From positions 1 to 25,799 of the IMG/VR virus record IMGVR_UViG_3300038312_000375: DNA of 25,799 nt, one strand, 5' to 3'. Below, piece by piece: positions 22,804 to 25,799 of this stretch; the first letter of the stretch is position 1, and the number at the start of each line of letters is the position of its first letter. The notes beneath the pieces are model-generated. The model had not been told where the DNA came from and did not search any database. It worked only from the letters and a program-made list of their open reading frames with translations. Source of the DNA: a virus (lineage: Duplodnaviria; Caudoviricetes). The position numbers and the translations under genes were made by a program.

Positions 22804-24866
22804 GTGAATTTACCCTGATTGAAGCCGCCGGGAATGCGAAGCCGAAAGTGGTCGGACTCGCCTATTCGGGCGGTAAAATGAATCTGCCCGGCTGGAAATA
22901 TCCGGTGGTGGTGGATCTGGCCGGAATGGAGATTCCCGACACGGTGCCGCTTCTGACCAACCATGAAAACAAAACCGACGCCCGTGTCGGGATGGTGTCG
23001 GCGAGTGTTAAAAACAATGCGCTGGAAATCTCCGGCGAAATTGTTTCGGATGGCAAAGACGCCTCCGATATCGTCGCGCAGAGTAAAGCCGGAGCCGACT
23101 GGCAGTTGAGTATCGGCGCGGACGTAAAAGAGTGCGAACTGGTGAAATCCAGCCGCGAGGTGAACGGCCAGTCGCAGGAGGGTCCGTTCTATCATATCAA
23201 AAAATCGACGCTGCGCGAAGTGAGCGTCGTCGCCGTGGGCGCGGATGCCCACACTACGATGAAAGTCACTGCGAAATTTAACCTTTCCCAAACCATTGAA
23301 GGAGACCGTATGAGCAAGGAAATCGAGAAAACTGTTGCCGCCAAGGAAGATGAAACCAAGAAGCCGGTTGTGCCGCCCATCGCCGAGCCGGAAAAGAAGC
23401 CGGAGGACGATCCGGAAAAGAAGAAGCCGGAAGAGGACGGCAAAACCGCCGAAGCCGTCAATTGCAATCCCGAAAAGAAAACCCAAGCGGAGGCTGTGCC
23501 TCCGGCGATTCAGGCGAGCGGAATTGATATTCACGCCGCCGCCAAAGCCGCCGTCGCCGCCGAGCGCGAACGTGTCGGCGCGATTCAGTCGATTTGCAAC
23601 GGGGAATTCCCGGAAATCGAGAAGCAGGCGGTGAGCGGCGGCTGGACTCCCGAAGTCACCACGAAGAAAGTATTGGAAATGATCCGCATGGAGCGTCCGG
23701 CGGCCAACGTCAATATTGCCGTCAAGTCCGCGCCGGAAGGCGGCGAAATGCGGAAAAACATTGAGGCGGCGATGTGCCTTCGCGTCGGGGTGAGTGCCGA
23801 TCTTCTGGAAAAGAGTTACGGCGCAAAAACCGTGGAAGCCGGGATGGCGGATATGGATATGCCGCTCCGTCAGCTCCTGATCGAGTGCATGAAACTGGAC
23901 GGAATCCCGTACAGCCGAGGCTTTGACAACGAAACCATCCGCGCGGCTTTCAGCTCGGTGTCTTTGCCGGGTATCCTCTCCAACGTGGCGAACAAAAAGC
24001 TGTTGCAGTCTTATGAAGCCCAGCCGGTCATCGCGACGAAGCTGTGTTCCACCGGAGACCTCAACGACTTCAAGGAAAACGACCGTTTCCGTCTGACGGA
24101 TGTCGGCGATCTGATGCCGATTGCCGCCGACGGAGAGATCAAGGACGGCGGTCTCGTGGAGGAAAGTGCTAAGAATCAATTGGAAACGTATGGGAAGCGC
24201 TTTTGCCTGACGCGCAAAATGATCATCAACGACGACCTCGGCGCGTTTATGAAAGTGCCGACCGCCATGGGCAACCGTGCGGCGCGTCTCATTGACCAGC
24301 TGTTCTTCTCGCGTCTGCTGAAGAATCCGACGCAAATTGACGGGAAGGCTCTGTTCCACGCCGGACACAAGAATCTCTTGACCGGCGCAACCTCCGCACT
24401 CGGCGCGGACAGCCTCAAGAAAGCGATTCAGCTGTTCCTCGATCAGGTGGATGCTGACGGCCAGCCGATTTCGGTGGAACCCCGTTATCTCTTGGTTCCC
24501 ACCGCCTTGAAGCATCTCGCCATCGAACTGACGCAGGGCGCGACTCTCATCATGGCGGGGACGGACAATGCGGTGCGTCCGGCTCTGAACGTGCTGGCCG
24601 ACGAGAATCTCAACGTGGTTTCCAGCCCGTATCTCGGAAATTCCGCCTACGAGGGAGCCAGTCAGACCGGCTGGTATCTCTTCGGCGATCCCCGGACGGT
24701 CGATACCTGGGAGATCGGTTATCTGAAGGGGAAACGCACTCCGACGGTCGAAAGAGGCGAGACCGATTTCAACACTTTGGGGCTGTGGTTCCGGGTGTAT
24801 TTCGACCTCGGCGTGAGGGAACAGGATCATCGCGGCATGGTCAAGGCGGTCGGCGCGGCCAACTGA
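22800..24866 (+). CDS. Prohead protease-scaffold-major capsid fusion (Mu gpT-like capsid)
   Basis: PLLTNH, WQLSIG and LREVSVVAVGAD protease motifs, a P/E/K-rich linker, then YGKRFCLTRKMIINDDLGAF and PRYLLVP capsid motifs. TTG start at 22800 after GGAGG. Confidence 0.9.
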   Translation: MSEFTLIEAAGNAKPKVVGLAYSGGKMNLPGWKYPVVVDLAGMEIPDTVPLLTNHENKTDARVGMVSASVKNNALEISGEIVSDGKDASDIVAQSKAGADWQLSIGADVKECELVKSSREVNGQSQEGPFYHIKKSTLREVSVVAVGADAHTTMKVTAKFNLSQTIEGDRMSKEIEKTVAAKEDETKKPVVPPIAEPEKKPEDDPEKKKPEEDGKTAEAVNCNPEKKTQAEAVPPAIQASGIDIHAAAKAAVAAERERVGAIQSICNGEFPEIEKQAVSGGWTPEVTTKKVLEMIRMERPAANVNIAVKSAPEGGEMRKNIEAAMCLRVGVSADLLEKSYGAKTVEAGMADMDMPLRQLLIECMKLDGIPYSRGFDNETIRAAFSSVSLPGILSNVANKKLLQSYEAQPVIATKLCSTGDLNDFKENDRFRLTDVGDLMPIAADGEIKDGGLVEESAKNQLETYGKRFCLTRKMIINDDLGAFMKVPTAMGNRAARLIDQLFFSRLLKNPTQIDGKALFHAGHKNLLTGATSALGADSLKKAIQLFLDQVDADGQPISVEPRYLLVPTALKHLAIELTQGATLIMAGTDNAVRPALNVLADENLNVVSSPYLGNSAYEGASQTGWYLFGDPRTVDTWEIGYLKGKRTPTVERGETDFNTLGLWFRVYFDLGVREQDHRGMVKAVGAAN

Positions 24867-24873
24867 CGAATAA

Positions 24874-24903
24874 GCCGGGAGGGCAGCCTCCCGGCATCTT
24901 TCA
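24874..24903 (+). terminator. GC hairpin after the capsid gene (weak terminator or mRNA stabiliser)
   Basis: GCCGGGAGG-GCAG-CCTCCCGGC followed by ATCTTTC. Confidence 0.6.
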
Positions 24904-24934
24904 ATCATAACTTTTTTTCAGGAGATTTTTACTT

Positions 24935-25282
24935 ATGATCGCTCGATTTGTACAGGATGGCAAAGCCATCGACTACCGTCCGTCCGAAGCCGTTGCCGCC
25001 GGATCTGTTATTGTTCAGGGAAATCTGATCGGGATTGCCCGGCTGGATATCGCCGCCAATACGCTTGGTTCGCTTGCCGTGGTTGGAGTTTTTGACGCTC
25101 CGAAAGCAACCGGCGCAATCACGGTCGGTGCGGCGGTTTACTGGGATGCAACCAATGCAAAAGTTACCACGACTGCAACCGACAATCCGTATCTCGGCAA
25201 GGCGATTCTCGCCGCCGAGTCCGCCGATGAAAGTGTGCGTTTTCTTCTCAACGCACCTTACACCGCAACCGCAACGGCATAA
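24935..25282 (+). CDS. DUF2190 family capsid cement/decoration protein
   Basis: FVQDG..IDY.P..AV.AG, GVFD.PKA, G..VYWD; follows the capsid gene. Confidence 0.88.
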   Translation: MIARFVQDGKAIDYRPSEAVAAGSVIVQGNLIGIARLDIAANTLGSLAVVGVFDAPKATGAITVGAAVYWDATNAKVTTTATDNPYLGKAILAAESADESVRFLLNAPYTATATA

Positions 25283-25285
25283 CCG

Positions 25286-25636
25286 TTGGGAATGCTTGAA
25301 CAGGCATCGGAATGGCTGGAATATCAACGTTTGAAAGAGCTTTCCGTTCCGGCGGAGTATGTCCGCCGGGACGGGACGCACATTGAAGTCAATGTGACGC
25401 TGGGGAAAACGCTGTTCCGTGCCGAAGACCAGTACGGCGTGACCGTCCGCACCGAAAGCCGTGATTTTCTGATTGCAGCTTCGGAACTGGAAAACGAACC
25501 CGAACGAGGAGATGCCATCGTCTATAACGGATGCCGTTATGAAGTGCTTGCGCCCAACGGTGAACCGGTGTGGCGATGGTCGGGAACGTATCACTGGACA
25601 CGGCGTATTCACACCAAGGAAATCGGAGGCGAATAA
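25286..25636 (+). CDS. Head-tail joining protein (gpFII-like)
   Basis: RDFLI...L..EPERGD.I...YEV..P...WRWS; fits the gene order. Start is TTG 25286 or ATG 25292. Confidence 0.65.
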   Translation: MGMLEQASEWLEYQRLKELSVPAEYVRRDGTHIEVNVTLGKTLFRAEDQYGVTVRTESRDFLIAASELENEPERGDAIVYNGCRYEVLAPNGEPVWRWSGTYHWTRRIHTKEIGGE

Positions 25637-25799
25637 TGCAGGATGAAATTCCCAATCACCGCGACCTCTGGGAGGCGGTGAATCAGTCAAGACTTGAGCT
25701 TGCTGAATTGAAGGGCATGGTCAAAATGCACTTTGAAGACAAGCAGCACCATTATCCGCCGTGCAAACCTGCCGCCGACATGCAGAAAACGATGATGTC
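25636..25799 (+). CDS. Hypothetical protein, partial (MQDEIPNHRDLWEAV...)
   Basis: GGAGG RBS and TAATG overlap; frame open to the window edge. Confidence 0.6.
   Translation, partial: MQDEIPNHRDLWEAVNQSRLELAELKGMVKMHFEDKQHHYPPCKPAADMQKTMM

Noticed and set aside
22611-24908. 765-aa minus-strand ORF
   Set aside because: Antisense shadow of the capsid fusion gene; no motifs; expected from GC-rich codon bias.

Overview
This window is part of a temperate tailed phage or prophage; no integrase, CI-like repressor or terminase is visible. It has four parts. (1) A leftward replication/recombination operon (<1-10775): sigma-like factor, PD-(D/E)XK exonuclease, two ParB-like genes, AAA_24 ATPase, mini NrdD-like peptide, DUF669 protein, SPFH lipoprotein, RusA, HNH, SF2 helicase and HAD hydrolase. 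(2) A central switch/accessory block (11089-17760): a WYL regulator divergent from an SMC/ABC-type ATPase, a cytoplasmic HEAT-repeat histidine kinase, a response regulator and a DEDDh exonuclease. (3) A C5 DNA methyltransferase with a nested alternative-frame gene. (4) A rightward head operon: gpW-like, lambda-type portal, protease-capsid fusion, DUF2190 and head-tail joining protein. The top finding is a stand-alone Cas7/RAMP-like gene between portal and capsid, directly preceded by a strictly phased 5-nt repeat array (mostly KGC+NN), which is a candidate non-CRISPR RNA-guided system. Other findings are the WYL/ATPase/kinase/regulator module as a possible repressor-independent induction or defence circuit, two outward-facing 45-bp phage promoter-like repeats, duplicated parS-like palindromes and several structured RNA elements. 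All family assignments come from motifs read by eye; no searches were run.
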